A DNA stretch of 61,096 bases, the filler included, from Basidioascus undulatus (lineage: Eukaryota), in assembly GCA_000826855.1 (NCBI GenBank). It is 11 parts of 11 records of this genome, joined end to end, with 100 filler letters (N's around TTAATTAATTAA, not from the genome) between each part and the next. Parts side by side here need not be neighbours in the genome. Positions count along the whole stretch, not along the records: positions 1 to 24,536 come from JTLS01000238.1; positions 24,637 to 28,207 come from JTLS01002380.1; 9 more parts are not named here. The stretch is one strand, 5' to 3'. Numbering within the stretch: the first letter of the stretch is position 1; the number at the start of each line of letters is the position of its first letter. The notes under the pieces were generated by a model. That model was not told where the DNA came from. It ran no database searches and saw only the letters and a list, made by a program, of their open reading frames with translations. Both the position numbers and the translations under genes were made by a program. Positions 12,546 through 24,765 of this stretch are shown here, piece after piece.

Positions 12546-13676
12546 ATGTCTGAGATAATAACGGAGCTTAAGAAAATTCCGCCAGGTTTGTGCGCCATCA
12601 AATGCTGCAGCTGAGCCGGGCTGATCAAAGCTGGGGTCTCGCAGTGACGCGGTTCATGCTTGGATCGGTCGCGGTGGTCACGCTCCCGATCCTCCTCCAG
12701 CTCACGCCGGGGTACTGGGTGGGGATGCACTGGCCGTCGGTCTTGAAGCTTCAGGTGCGTCTGTTCTTTCCCGTTTGTTGCCGTCCACGGCTGAACACCC
12801 GGCGCGTGACAGGTCTGGCGACTCTGGAGCTCGTTCTTCTACGGAGGTGAGTCTGGGCTCTCAGCGCTTGGAGATGGGGAGGCTGACAGGGAAGGTATGA
12901 CAGGTGGAGGACTACCCCTTATTTTCGACTTCGCCATGCTGTACCGGAACAGCAATGATTTGGAGCTGAACCACTACCGTCGCCGGACGGCCGATTACGC
13001 GTTCTCGTTGATCTCGACCGCGGGACTCATTCTTGTGAGCTTGGCATCTTCGTTCTGGGATCTTGAATCAGATAATACTGACAAAGGAGTGGAATGCGCT
13101 TCGGGGAACAAAGGCCCTCAACTACCCCTTCCGCACCGCCATCTTCTTCCGTCCCTTCCTCCTCGCGGTCACCTACCTGTGGGCTCAGCGCAACACGTAC
13201 GCCTTGATCTTCCTAAGCTATATCATACATTGCCGCGCTAATCTTTGCCTTCCAGCGGCCTGAACGTCTCCCTCTTCGGCCTGATCTCGATGCCGGCGCT
13301 CGCCTACCCGTTCGCGCTCATCGGGCTCGAGCTGATCATGCACGGTCCACGTGCCGCGCTCATCGCGACAACGGGCGTGATCGCCGCGCACGTCTGGAAC
13401 TTCCTCGACGTCGTCTACCCCGCGTCGCAGGGCGGCCGGCGCCTCCCGCTCGTGCGCACGCCCGAGTGGCTCAAGCGCTGGCTGCCGGATGGAGGCGACC
13501 CGACGGGCCCCTCTAGAGGCGCAGCAGGGCAGCCCCAGGGTCGGAGGGTGGACACGAGCTTCGGGACGGTCTATAGGCCGAATTCGACGATTAGGACTGG
13601 GAGCAGTGGGGCGGGCTCCTCATCGAGCGGGACGACGACGGCCCATCAGTGGGGATCCGGGAGGAGGCTCGGTTGA
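12546..13676 (+). CDS. Derlin (Der1/Dfm1-like ERAD rhomboid pseudoprotease) with C-terminal SHP box
   Basis: KKIPPVTRF, QVWRLWSSFFYGG (WR motif), VSLFGLISMPALAYPFA, GVIAAH, and terminal WGSGRRLG resembling the p97-binding SHP box. Confidence 0.92.
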
Positions 13677-14599
13677 TAGCTAGCCAGCGACGGTTGCGAG
13701 TTCCGGGGGTTGCTTGGGTTCGAAAATGGAATGTCTTGGATTGTCTACATCGTGAAAGTCTGCCATTGTTTACACGCCTCGTCAACAGGCTCGACCTGAA
13801 AGTGCGCTGCAAGTGACGAATCTCGCTGGCGTGTGAAATGTAGGGCGTTGCAAGACTATCTGTTGCGGCTCCACGGCAATGTCCTCCTTCCTTGATAGTG
13901 ACCTGATCCTCGTTGGGTAAACATGGTCGTTCAGGGGGCGGCTTGCTTGTTCTTTGCATCGGATCCGTACAGGGCCGTGGGACTTTGAGGACTGTGCCCA
14001 TTTCCAAGTGCTTTGCTTTCAGACAACTTTGGCAAGTAACAAGCTCATTCCCATCCCAGATCCACCACACTTTGCATAGGGACGCTCTCTATATTCGAAT
14101 CGTTCGATAGGCAATGCGAAGGCTCGACGCTGTCTGACTTCCCCTGCGCCCCCCCCTTCGCGACGGAGACGTACCTTGCTTGACTCCCTTCCGCGTCCAC
14201 TTCTCTGAATTCAGAACTAACAACATCTTCGATCGCACTCGCCTCATTCCCTTCACTCTGTTCCGCCCCCTTAACCGACCCCATTCTCTCGCTTGTTCGA
14301 CCCTCCGACAGAAATCGCTCCTTTCTCTCGCCCATTCTCGTACTTCAAGAAGAGCTACCATAGTTCAAAGGGCTTGCATAGCGGCCTTTCCTCCTTCGAT
14401 TTCAGCGGTGTTCTCTCGCTGGTACTCTGGCTTCACGTCCTCTATCCGCTATTGAAACGCTTCGTAATGTGGCTCATAGAAACTGACTTTCGGGCCTGGC
14501 CTGTAGTATCGCTTCCAACAATAATTCTCCGTAAACCCTAACTCGGCTAAGCCTCTGGGCGCGGCGAGTCGTGCGGCACCTGCGCCGGCCGCGGTGGAT

Positions 14600-17500
14600 C
14601 GTAGAAATCTTGACCGCCCTCTTCGCTGTTAAAGCGTCGGATCCGAGGAGGTACTGGAGATAGCGCTGTCGGTCGAGCTGGGACTGCACCAGCGCCTGAA
14701 AGCGGCCGAGGAGAGTGCGAGCGACCGGTGGAGGCACAGCGTTGAGGAGGCCTGACGTTCGCATGATAAACGTGAGCTCGTGGAAACAAGAAAGGAATTG
14801 TCGAGGGACAACTTACCGAGGTGGAAGAAGTGCCGATAACGCGTCGAAAGCTCCGTATCCGCGAGGACCTTGAAGATCTCCTCCTCCATCCCCGCGCGGT
14901 CGTCCTTCCGCCGAGCAAGCCTGGCGAGGCGTTCGAGCGCCGCCACCTTGTGGTGGTACTTGTCATCCCCGCTTGGCGCCTCAGCGACGGTCTCGTATAG
15001 TCGGGTTAGTTACGTCAATGTCAGCGCCCGCGCGCCCGCCTCAAAAGGCGAAGCCCTTCGCGGCTGGGGCCGCACCACGAGTACCGAGGCGAGAGCGCGT
15101 CTAGGCCTTCAACCAGGCCCGGGCAAGTGCAGATGGCCAAAGTCGAGCGCGAGGTTGGGTCGGAGCCGAGGCGTGAGGGCGGAGGGCGGCTCGACGTTGA
15201 GGATGGCGACCAGCCCGCCAACGGCTGCAAATCCAGAGCATTTTCCGGAGTACATCCTCGCAGTCGATGCGGAAGCCGAACCGGCACGCTAGGAGCGACG
15301 AGGTATGCGGGGAGCGGGGTCGGACTCGGTCTGCGAGTCTAGCGGCGTCGATAAGTGTGCGAAGAGATCGCATTCGCCCGCCGACTGTGCAGCAAACTCC
15401 GCCTCTCCACGTACACCTCCTCCCGCGCCTCAGCCAGCCGGTCCAAGAACTGGACCACAACGCTCGCGAGCCTGCCGGGTATGTGCACCTGCGGCTCGCG
15501 GCGGAGACTGTAGGTCTCCGTGTCCTTGCTAACGCAGCGGATGCGCCGCCGCGGCTCCCAAGGCTTTCGGATCCTCGAGCCGGAGCTGCTCCCACTGCTG
15601 AAAGACCTCCCGGAGCACATCGAGCACCTTCGCAGTCGTGGAGTCGGCGACGTGGTAACGCTCGTACAGTGCGATACGCGCGTTCAGCGTCGCGAGGAGT
15701 TGCGCGGCCTACGTCCGCGTACTCGGAAGCCGAGCAGATCGATTCGACGTGCGCGCTGCTGAGGTGTCGATGATACGGGAGAGAACGGCGTCGCCTACGC
15801 GTGCACAGGCATGGAGGGCGGAGGGGCCCCTGCCAGTTGCGGGGCGTACGAGAACGCGACCAGGCTGAACGGGAGCGGGCAGATTTTCCAGTCCTGCAGA
15901 TTGACGAAGATTTCCTCAGTCAGCGCATGAAACGCCTGGAAATGATGTACATCGGAAATTCAAAGCAGACAGACCTTTTTAAACAGCTCCAGCGCCAATT
16001 CCCACGTCTCTCTGCACGACAGGATGGCGCAGGAGGGCTCCGAGCGCAAGGACAGCCTTGACGTATCGTTCACGACCCTCGACATCGCGCTGCCGATGCG
16101 CAAGGAGCTTGCGCTTCCCCACATCTCTCCGTGCGGCGTCCTTCCTCTCCTTCCCTCCGTCCTCCCTCCTCCCGCAGCGGCCCACGCCGCGCGCACCGCG
16201 GCAGCGAGCACCTCACTCCGCTCCAGTGCGCTGAGACACTGAGACGCAGAGCTTGTGGAACACATCATCACAAGGGGCTTGTGCTCGGGCAGGATGTAGG
16301 AGTAACAGCCGGGCTTCGGACGGGGACGTGCGCATGAGGACGCGCAGGACAGTCTCGCCGTCGGTGGGAAAGAGGGCTGAGAGAACGAGCAGCTGAAGCG
16401 TGGAGAAGTGGGCGTGCGCGGACGGCGAGGTGAAGTCGGTATTGTAGAGGAGGGAGAGGAGCGGCAGGCGGAGTCGTGCGGGGATGGAGCGAAGAAGCGG
16501 GTGCAGGGTGCAGCCGATGTCGCGCCCGTGGTCGGCGAAACCGTATAAAGTCTTGCCGATAGCGCGGATGTGCTCCTCGCACGCTCGTACGCGGCCTAGG
16601 GCGGCCGACCCGCGCGCTACGCGCCAGGCGTCTACCAGCGCGAGGAGCAGGCGCTCGACATCCGACAGGAAGGTGCACCCGCTGCGCCAGCTGTTCTCCA
16701 CAGGAGACGCGAGCTCAAAAGCACGAACGATCGCGGCGGCCAGCTTGTCCGCGCGCACAGTGTCTGGCGCAGCGCGGAGGGCAATGGCGGCGAGGGTTGC
16801 AAGCACGTCGCGCGAGACGTCCGTTCCGTGGCCCATACGGCTCAGGAGCTCGAGGTAGAACGCGACGCCCCAGGGCAGGCCGGGATGCGACTCTTGGGCC
16901 TAGGACGTCGCGGGCTCAGCGGGCGGCTGGCGGAGCGCGACGAGGTGCTTGAGCATGGCGAGCGGCGGCCGATGGCGAGCGGCGGCGTGACGGTTCGAGA
17001 TAACTAGGTCGACCGCCAACCCTGGCTGAGACTCCGCTAGGCGGATGGGCTTGGGCTCGAACGCGCTGGAGGAGAGGGCGGGGAGGAGAAAGTGGACGAC
17101 GAAGGGCGAAAGAGCGGGAAGTAGATGGTGTACGTGTACGAGGCTGGAGCCGAGGCGAGCGACGGGATGCGGGGGAGGCGGCTGAGCTGATGCGTCCGTC
17201 CCAAGCCTCTAGACTACGGCTGGCACGAGGAGATGGGCGAGGTCTTCGAGCGCCCGGGTTCGCGAGTCGGCGGGGCGATGGTATCGCGACCCTGGGTTCT
17301 TGAGGAGCCTGCGCGCAGCGCCGAACGGCAAGTCCTCGAGCGTGTCCGCGAGGCCGTCTCCGCCCCCCACGGCGGCGAGAGCCTCGACGCCCGCCTGCGG
17401 CGCATTCCACAGGCGGCCGAACGCGGAAACTGCTGCGAGCTGAACGCAAGGCGAGGGGCTGCGGCGCAGGCTTTCGACGGTCCAGGCTGGATCGCGCGAG

Positions 17501-17681
17501 CACTGGACGAGGGCGGCGTAGGTCGTCCGGATGGAGAGGGGGCACGTAAGCCTTGGCGAGCGCGATGAGGTCTGTGACGGGTTTGAGGGAGGCGAGGACA
17601 GACAGGCACTTGTGGCGCGCTGAGGGAGGGCGGAGGCGAGGTGGGCGGTCGAGCTCGAGGAAGTGGAGGCGACTTGGACAT
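14600..17681 (-). pseudogene. Degenerate, 3'-truncated paralog of the 676-5830 gene
   Basis: Matching blocks (AVGGGDGLADTLEDLP vs AVGGGNGLADVLNDLP; MEEEIFKVLADTELSTRYRHFFH vs ...DMELSTHHRLFFH; LNAVPPPVARTLLGRF) and equivalent intron positions. Spread over several frames with stops (17209, 16213); similarity ends after KISTI. Confidence 0.88.
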
Positions 17682-18307
17682 TGCTATTCGCTTCAACGCC
17701 ATCCACATTAGCATGGGTCACTACTAAGAACAGGAAAAAAGCCATTGAGCGCACGATGTGATCGAGAGGAACTGGTCAATTGAAGATGCTGCAGAGAGTT
17801 GCATTGGACGACGTGGACGGGTATGAGTGAGTGGCAAGATGCAAGGCCAGAAGGGCAGAGGCGAGTCAAGCACAGTCGACGGTTCCGAGGCGCGAAGGCA
17901 TGTCGGAAGTAACAGCCCTAGTGGTCGAAGCGGAAACCCGAAACCGAATCAACGAGGCATGTTAGACGGACTGTTGCTTTCAGAATGAAATCGTTTGGAA
18001 TGAAAGCGATGGTAATTTTCGAGAAACCTGCAATGATTATCAGCTGGGAGAGCGGTCGGTCTATCAGGGATTTCGCAAGCTTGCGCCCAGTGAGCGTGAG
18101 CGGCGCTGCGAACCGCCAGCATCCCTTGACTCTTCGAACGCGAGAGACCGTTGTTCTGAGAAAAAGCTGCGACAGTACACGAGAATCGTTCGCTAATGAG
18201 ACTTGCACGGTCAGTGAATCATCGCGCATCGCCGCATCGCCGCAGCCCCCCCACCCCTGGCATCTCAGCAAATCAGATAGCCTTGACTCTGGCTGCCTCC
18301 CGGCCCT

Positions 18308-19410
18308 CTACGCCCACACCCCAGCCTGGTTCGCCGGCGGCGGCGGACTGCCCATCTGCTGCTGCACTGCGCCTGCGCCAGGGGGCGAGCGCGTCGACTC
18401 GGGCGTGGGCTTGCGGTACTCGATCTTGTCCACCTTGACCTGTCCGTTCATCCCCAGAACGGATAGGTCAGTTGAGGTGTAAAGAGGACCGAGAGTGGCA
18501 GAGAGGCAGGGGGAAGGGGAAGAGAAGGAGATCCGATAACGACGCACCTCACCCTCTTTCAGCTGGTACACGTAGGTGACTACTACCGGTCCTTGGATGT
18601 CGAGGAGCGCAAATGAAGGGGTGGGTTCACTATGGGTTGATGGTAGGAAGTTTAGTGAGAAAAGATGAAGGGGGTCAGGGGAAAAGAGACGGACGTGGTG
18701 TAGAAGCCGGAGTACGCTCCCGTTGCAGAGCCAGGGGAGATAAAGAACCGCCCGTCAAGTTCAAACGCCTGGAACCTGTGCACCGCCATACCACGTTATC
18801 AACAACTAAAACCCCAACATCTCCGCGTCTCCCAAACGGAACGAGTGCACGTACTGGTGCGTCCCCCCTGTCAACAGCACGTCCACGTCCATCCTCCTCG
18901 CCAGCGCCAGAAGCGCATCCGGGTCCCCAAAAGGCACAGCCTGACTGCCGTGCAAAGCGCCGATCTTCAAGGGCGGATGGACGAGCACGCGGCTTAGAGG
19001 GAATGCCGGGTTCTGATCGCCCATCCAGGTCAGCGCAGGTGGAAGAGACGAGACGTAGGGACCGGGAGGTAGGGTCGCACAAACGCACCTCGTCATAGTC
19101 CCCCCGCACTACCTGCACATCTGCAGCAATTGTCTTGAGGTACGCGTACGTCTCCTGGTCCGTCACGTTGCCCAGGCAGACGATCTGCTGGATCTTGCCG
19201 GGCAGGAGGAGCTTCTTGAACTTCGCAGGCAGGTCGTGGCAGCTGCGCGTTTCAGCACAGCGTTAGCGCTCGGGTTATAGTTCCTCAATCATAGCTCTGC
19301 ATACCGAGTCTGTGACAGTGGGCACATTCAGGTCAGCAGGGGAATCGCGACCGCAGGGGCGCGAGCGGACGGACGGGGATGTGCAGATCGCCTATGCAGA
19401 GCAGCAGCAT
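18308..19410 (-). CDS. VPS29: Retromer subunit Vps29
   Basis: [89 protein letters not shown]. Includes a 5-nt exon and a probable 5'UTR intron. Confidence 0.97.
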
Positions 19411-20385
19411 CTGTACGCCCTCGCCCACAGATGAGTGTCACGCTATTTGTGACTCAAAATATAGACCTACGTTTGATATTCAAGGCAGTAAGGGGGCGAA
19501 AGCGATATGGAGAGCGTGGTTGATGAGGGCTGAGGGGAGCGCGCTCACAGCGCGTCCTGAGCGACTGGCGGACCGGCGCGGGAGAACTGTCAGGCTCGCT
19601 GGCAACCCACAGCAACCTCGAGACTGGCGCTGTGAAGCGTCACTCGCAGAACTCGTAGGCCTTTCCATGGTCTAGAAAAGCATATATATTTCATTCGATC
19701 CTGAAAATTCCATACTACTCCTTATCCTGATGAGGGAGACACTGCTTCTGGTCTTGTACTCAACCATGGGTGCGCGATGATTGTCAGCTGTCAATGGCTG
19801 CCTGCAAGCATCCCAACACCTTGGTCTCATGAATCGACCTTACATACTTCACAACCGCACATACAAAATAAAACTGGATGGACAGTTAAGTCGATAGACT
19901 TCAATATCCTTGTCTCGGCGCTGACGCGTGAGAAGTCGCGATCTTCCTCGACCGTCATCTACTGCCCATTACCGCTTCCTCCTTGCCCACGTTCCCAAGA
20001 GCAAAACCACACTTTCTTCACCTCTCCCCATCCATTCAACTCATCACCTCGGATCGGGGCAGCGGCCATAAAAGTTCACTGCCGTGTCACCCCCGCCCCG
20101 TGCAGCCGTGGCGCGTGTGGCTGCCGCCCGCGGGAACCTCGGAACCCGTTCTGACCTTCCCACGTACTCTGCGATGCGAGAGAGCAAACGTTGCGTTGTG
20201 CAGGCCTTTCAGAGTTTGTACTGACCATCACTGATGCTGCGGCGTTCCCTCGTGGCCTCAACGTGAGGATCGGGACTGCGACGCATGGACTGATATGAAA
20301 GACTCCGGGAGGTGAAAGAACGGCTTTGTTGACTTGTCGTTCTTCCTCTCTTGCACAATCAAGACACATCACCTTAAAAACCATC

Positions 20386-20511
20386 ATGAAGTTCTTCAAC
20401 GCGGCTTGCCTTTCGACGCTCGCTCTCGCCAGTGTTGCGACTGCCATCCCAGTCGTCAGCTTTGACTGCTTCGACGTGCATGAGGGAGGGAGGGATAAAC
20501 GGAACAAGTGA
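20386..20511 (+). CDS. Short signal-peptide ORF (41 aa), possibly a remnant or first exon
   Basis: MKFFNAACLSTLALASVATAIP after a good start context (AAAAACCATCATG); no convincing continuation. Confidence 0.3.
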   Translation: MKFFNAACLSTLALASVATAIPVVSFDCFDVHEGGRDKRNK

Positions 20512-22298
20512 CCTAGACAACGAATATGAGCCAGCCAGCTGCCCGAGGAAGACCACGCCAAAAAAAAAAAAACCCGAATCCGATGCCGACATAGGGCAGG
20601 ACAGCCACGAACGGCTGGCTCTCCACCCAACACGAACCACTGGAGGGGCTGCCGGAAACCCTGATGCTACTTCTTATTCTTAAATATCTTCCTTTGACAA
20701 TTTAATCAAGGTTTCTCAGAGGTATGAGACTGCAGCGACGCGAACTGCTTCATGCTGCCGAAGTCGTCAGGCTTGATATTTGTTGACATGCTTCGCACCG
20801 CCAAGAGATGATATGATATTCATAATATTTTTGTATGCAGTCCAATTGAGCCCAATTCGTTCCGGAGTGATTCACTGATCCCATTCCAGTAATAAGGCAG
20901 GAATCTGCCTACACTATGCCATGCAGTGCCTACGACACTCGCACTCTCGCGCTGCAAGTCAACGCTGCAGGGCATTGGTTATGCAGCCCTGCCACTTTAA
21001 GGGATCTCACGCCTAACATTTTTATTTATCCACCCATCGGACAAGCTCGATGAAATAATCAGTGCACTCCCGACCAAAACCTTTCCCTAGACGCTCCCTG
21101 CTTAATCTACTCCAAGTGCTGCTGATTTCGGCTGCGGAACCCTTGGTCCGCTCAGCTTTGCACACGGGAAGGCGACAATTACCAAATATAACTATGTATA
21201 GCCGAGCCTGCACACCGTAAAGGTCAGGGTAGGTGCGGCATGCTCGGAGCGCAGTAGCCTCCAGCTACAGAGAGTCGCGAGGAATCACACTCTCGCACAT
21301 TTTCATTCTGTCATCAAAAATTCACCGGGATTCATCCCATCCCAGCCCAGCCTAACACACTCATCCGTTTCAGTCTGGCCAGCCGCCGCGTGCAACTCAT
21401 ATCGCGGCAGCTTTCGACTGCAGGGACAGTCCGAGGAATCATACCCTGCCAATATTTACTCATCAACCCTGGAGTCAGCTCCAAAAAACATCAAATGCAT
21501 CTGAAATCGGTCCAATCTCCAGATTTTCTTCTAATACGCGCCGTCTGAAAAGTCGATTACAGGCATTGCCTGAACATCGCAGCCCAGGATGCAGGATGAC
21601 TGACTGCATGCGGCCTGCGCCAAGTCCTCCCATTTGATACTTCATTCACCCAAGCAGCAAGGCTGAAGATGCTCAGGACACCGGCGCTAACGAAAAAAAA
21701 ATCAAGTTGGGCAGCTGCATGGTCTCTCCGGGGAGGGGGTCATCACCAAGCTGCTGCGTCCGGGCGCACGCATGTAAGCCACAGTCAAGACAACACACGT
21801 GGAGGCGCGCTGCGCTAAATCACCACTTCCTTCCCAGCCTTACGCCCATCCGGTCTACCTACCGGCCGGTGAGGCTCGACTTTCCTGTGATCGCTGCATG
21901 CCCACTCTAAACAGCGCATCTCACAAAATCAACTCAGGACTGCAGGCTTCATCGCAATGAAAGTTCACTTCTTTGTTGGTATTCGACTTGTCTAAGCCGG
22001 CGCAACGGGGGACTGCGGGGTACTTCTACATCACTATTTGAATGGATATTTGGGCGCGGACGGGATATAGGCGAGGAGGGCGCGTGTATGTTGTACGGGC
22101 ATTAAGAAAGGAAGGAGGGAAGGAAGGGAAGGAAGGGATGGTGCGGGGAAGGAATGTTTGGCGTGTGGTGGGAGGGGCGTGTGTGAAAGGAAATGGGAGG
22201 GGAGGAAGGGAACGTCTGTGTTCGGTTTTGGAGGGTGTCCGGGCTCGGGGACGCGAGGTATGTGCGTCTATGGAGATTGGATGCGCAAACGAGGTTGT

Positions 22299-23393
22299 CT
22301 ATTGGGACTTGATCTTCGGCGAGGGCTTAGCGCGCGGGGACGGGCGGGGGCCTGCTCGGTCGAATCCGCCACCGATCAGCTCGTCTTCCTTCCCACACAG
22401 CCTAGCGAGCCAGAAGACGGAAGACGCACGCAGCTGCTGCCCCCCACGCGACACCGGCACGCCCACGCGCTTCGCCGGCCTGGCGTTGAAGAGCCCGAAA
22501 AGCGAGGGGGCCAGTGCGCGCAGCTCGAAGAGCGCGATGAGGAGGAGTACGATAAGCGCGCGGGCATCGGCGGGCCTCCACGCCTTGGATCCGGCGAAAG
22601 TCTTCAAGTCGTAGCCCGAAAACGAAGCGGGGAGTTCGAGCAGCGCGGTGAACGCGGGGCTCGCGTGCGTGAGCGCGCCGTACAGGGGCGTGAGGAGGGG
22701 AGCGAGCCAGATGTCGAGCGCGGCCCACCCCCACGGGTGGGCGATCTCGGGTGGGGTTGCGAAGGCCCAGGCGGGGGACCCAAGCGAGAGGGTGTTAGCG
22801 ATGAACGGCCCGCCGTACGCGTACAGGACAGCGGCGAACAGGACGGGGGCGGGAGAAGCTACGGTCATCCGGGACGGGAGGGGAGAGGAGAGCGCGGGGT
22901 CGAAGGGGAGGGTGGTGAGTGCCAGGGAACGAGTGAGTGCGTCGAGGGGCGCGAGGAGGGGCTCGGTGAGGTGCAGGGGCGGGAGGAGGCGGGTGGGGAG
23001 GAGGCGGAAGAGGGGGTGAAGGAAGAGGAAGAGAAGGGGAGGGAGCGGGTCAAGGAACCAGGTTGGGGGACGGGCGGTGAGTAGCGCTGCGGGCGCGCCA
23101 GTCAGTAAATAAGTCGGAGTGGATGGGAGGAAGGAAGGGAGAGCACACGCACCCAGCAACGTCTCCCCACCCCAAACCATAACCAACACGAGCACGGCCT
23201 CCCTCCTCCACCCGAGCGCCCCTCCCTTCCCGCGGGTGAGCTGTGAAACGACGAGCGAGAGACGGAGCGCGCCCAGGACGTCGAGCCAGCTGAGGGGGAG
23301 GTAGGCCGGGTGGGCCGGGGTGGTGAGGAGGTGCGTTTGGAGGGAATGGATGGCGGGGAGGAGGGAGGAGAGCGGGGGGAGGGAGAGGGACAT
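22299..23393 (-). CDS. Hypothetical multi-pass membrane protein
   Basis: Long ORF with several hydrophobic segments (AVLVLVMVWGGETL, VLFAAVLYAYGGPFIA, ARALIVLLLIALF); probable in-frame intron near 23100-23150. Confidence 0.7.
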   Translation of the reverse strand: MSLSLPPLSSLLPAIHSLQTHLLTTPAHPAYLPLSWLDVLGALRLSLVVSQLTRGKGGALGWRREAVLVLVMVWGGETLLGACALPSFLPSTPTYLLTGAPAALLTARPPTWFLDPLPPLLFLFLHPLFRLLPTRLLPPLHLTEPLLAPLDALTRSLALTTLPFDPALSSPLPSRMTVASPAPVLFAAVLYAYGGPFIANTLSLGSPAWAFATPPEIAHPWGWAALDIWLAPLLTPLYGALTHASPAFTALLELPASFSGYDLKTFAGSKAWRPADARALIVLLLIALFELRALAPSLFGLFNARPAKRVGVPVSRGGQQLRASSVFWLARLCGKEDELIGGGFDRAGPRPSPRAKPSPKIKSQ

Positions 23394-23751
23394 GCTGGGC
23401 TGGTGTAGGAGAAGGAAGGGAGGGAAGAGGGGAGATGGGACGCGACGCGTCGCTGGAGACGCTTCGGTGAGCTTGGGCTTTCAACTTCCTGCATTTTCTC
23501 GGGGACATCAAGCAGTGATTAATTCTTGCTGTATTGTTTTTCCTTACTTTCAGCATTTTCAGCAAGTATGTTGTGCGTTGACAGCGAGATGGTCCTTACG
23601 AACGTATCGATGCACTACCCTCGTTCCTGAAGATGAAATCACACCGCAGCCGAAAGCGCACCCCACCTTCCCCTTTGCCGTCACCCATCTCCTCAACACC
23701 ATCACCACCTTCCTGCTCTCCTTTCGTCCTCATCCTACCAGGCATACAGGC

Positions 23752-24536
23752 ATGCCCAAAAAGCCTTCCCCCAGCGGTCCATCCTCCCGCGGGCCTCCAA
23801 AAAAGTCCAAGGGCCAAGTAGCGCAGCAGCCCGTGATCGACTCATTAGATGCCGCGCTGGACGGTGCGTCTTCCATCCCATATCAAGTAACCCCAGCAGT
23901 ACTTGGTGATGTGAGATGGTTGTACTGATTGAAGGATTGGGGGGAGCAGCTGCTGTGGACGCAGAGGAGCGGGGCGAGCGGTTCGGGGCGGGTGACAAGG
24001 TGCGTCTTCGACATGAAGGAGGAGGGGATTGGTGAAAGTGAAGCTGATGGGCTGAGGGGAGACAGGCCCAACGGTACTACGAGTCCGCGATCTCGCTCTA
24101 CTCGCAAGCGCTCTCCTTCGACCCCTCCTCCTTCGACGCGATGTACAACCAGTTGCGTCCCTCGCCCTCCCTCTTTCCTTCTTCCTCCGTCTTCTCACCA
24201 CTCCCCCTCCTCACAGGGCCCGCCTCCTCCTGCACCTCTCCCTGACCTTCCTCTTCCCCCCCTCGTCCCGCCGGGCCCTCGAACAATCCATCGCCCTCTC
24301 GCGCGCGGCGCTCGCGCTCCCGCCCGCCCTCGCAGACGTCCCCGCGCGCCTGGACTGCGCAGCGAACCTTGCCGAGGGGCTCGTGGCGCGGGCGGAGCTT
24401 TTGGACGAGGTGGGGGAGGGGGCGGAGGAGGAGGAGGAGGCACGGGGTGCGTGGAGGGAGGCGGTAGGCGTGCTGGAAGAGCTCGCAAGGGGGCAGGAGG
24501 AGTGGTTAGAGCGTGGAGGGGGAGCGGAGATGGAGC
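23752..24536 (+). CDS. TPR-like helical protein (UPF0656-like), 5' part, cut by contig end
   Basis: Spliced reading EERGERFGAGDK|AQRYYESAISLYSQALSFDPSSFDAMYNQ|ARLLLHL; the ALxxDPxxFDAxYN segment has a TPR pattern. Confidence 0.55.
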
Positions 24537-24636
24537 NNNNNNNNNNNNNNNNNNNNNNNNNNNNNNNNNNNNNNNNNNNNTTAATTAATTAANNNNNNNN
24601 NNNNNNNNNNNNNNNNNNNNNNNNNNNNNNNNNNNN
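24537..24636. other. Artificial contig spacer N44-TTAATTAATTAA-N44 (also at 28208, 31878, 35543, 39207, 42869, 46520, 50167, 53811, 57455; 100 bp each)
   Basis: Identical 100-bp linker with stop codons in all six frames, present ten times. Confidence 0.99.
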
Positions 24637-24765
24637 CGATCTCTGTTCCCCCCTCTTTCGCCTTTCTCCCCCAGACCACCACCTCCTCCGCCAGCAAGCG
24701 CATCGCCACTGCACAACAACTATATCCAGCTCTAGATACAGTACCCCCAGCAACACAAGAGCAGC

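Noticed and set aside
20286..20320. CTGATATGA...GAAA resembling a hammerhead ribozyme core
   Set aside because: Spacing does not fit CUGANGA and the flanking stems are not convincing.
20700..22000. Long lower-GC intergenic stretch with short ORFs
   Set aside because: No recognisable motif, repeat or gene model.
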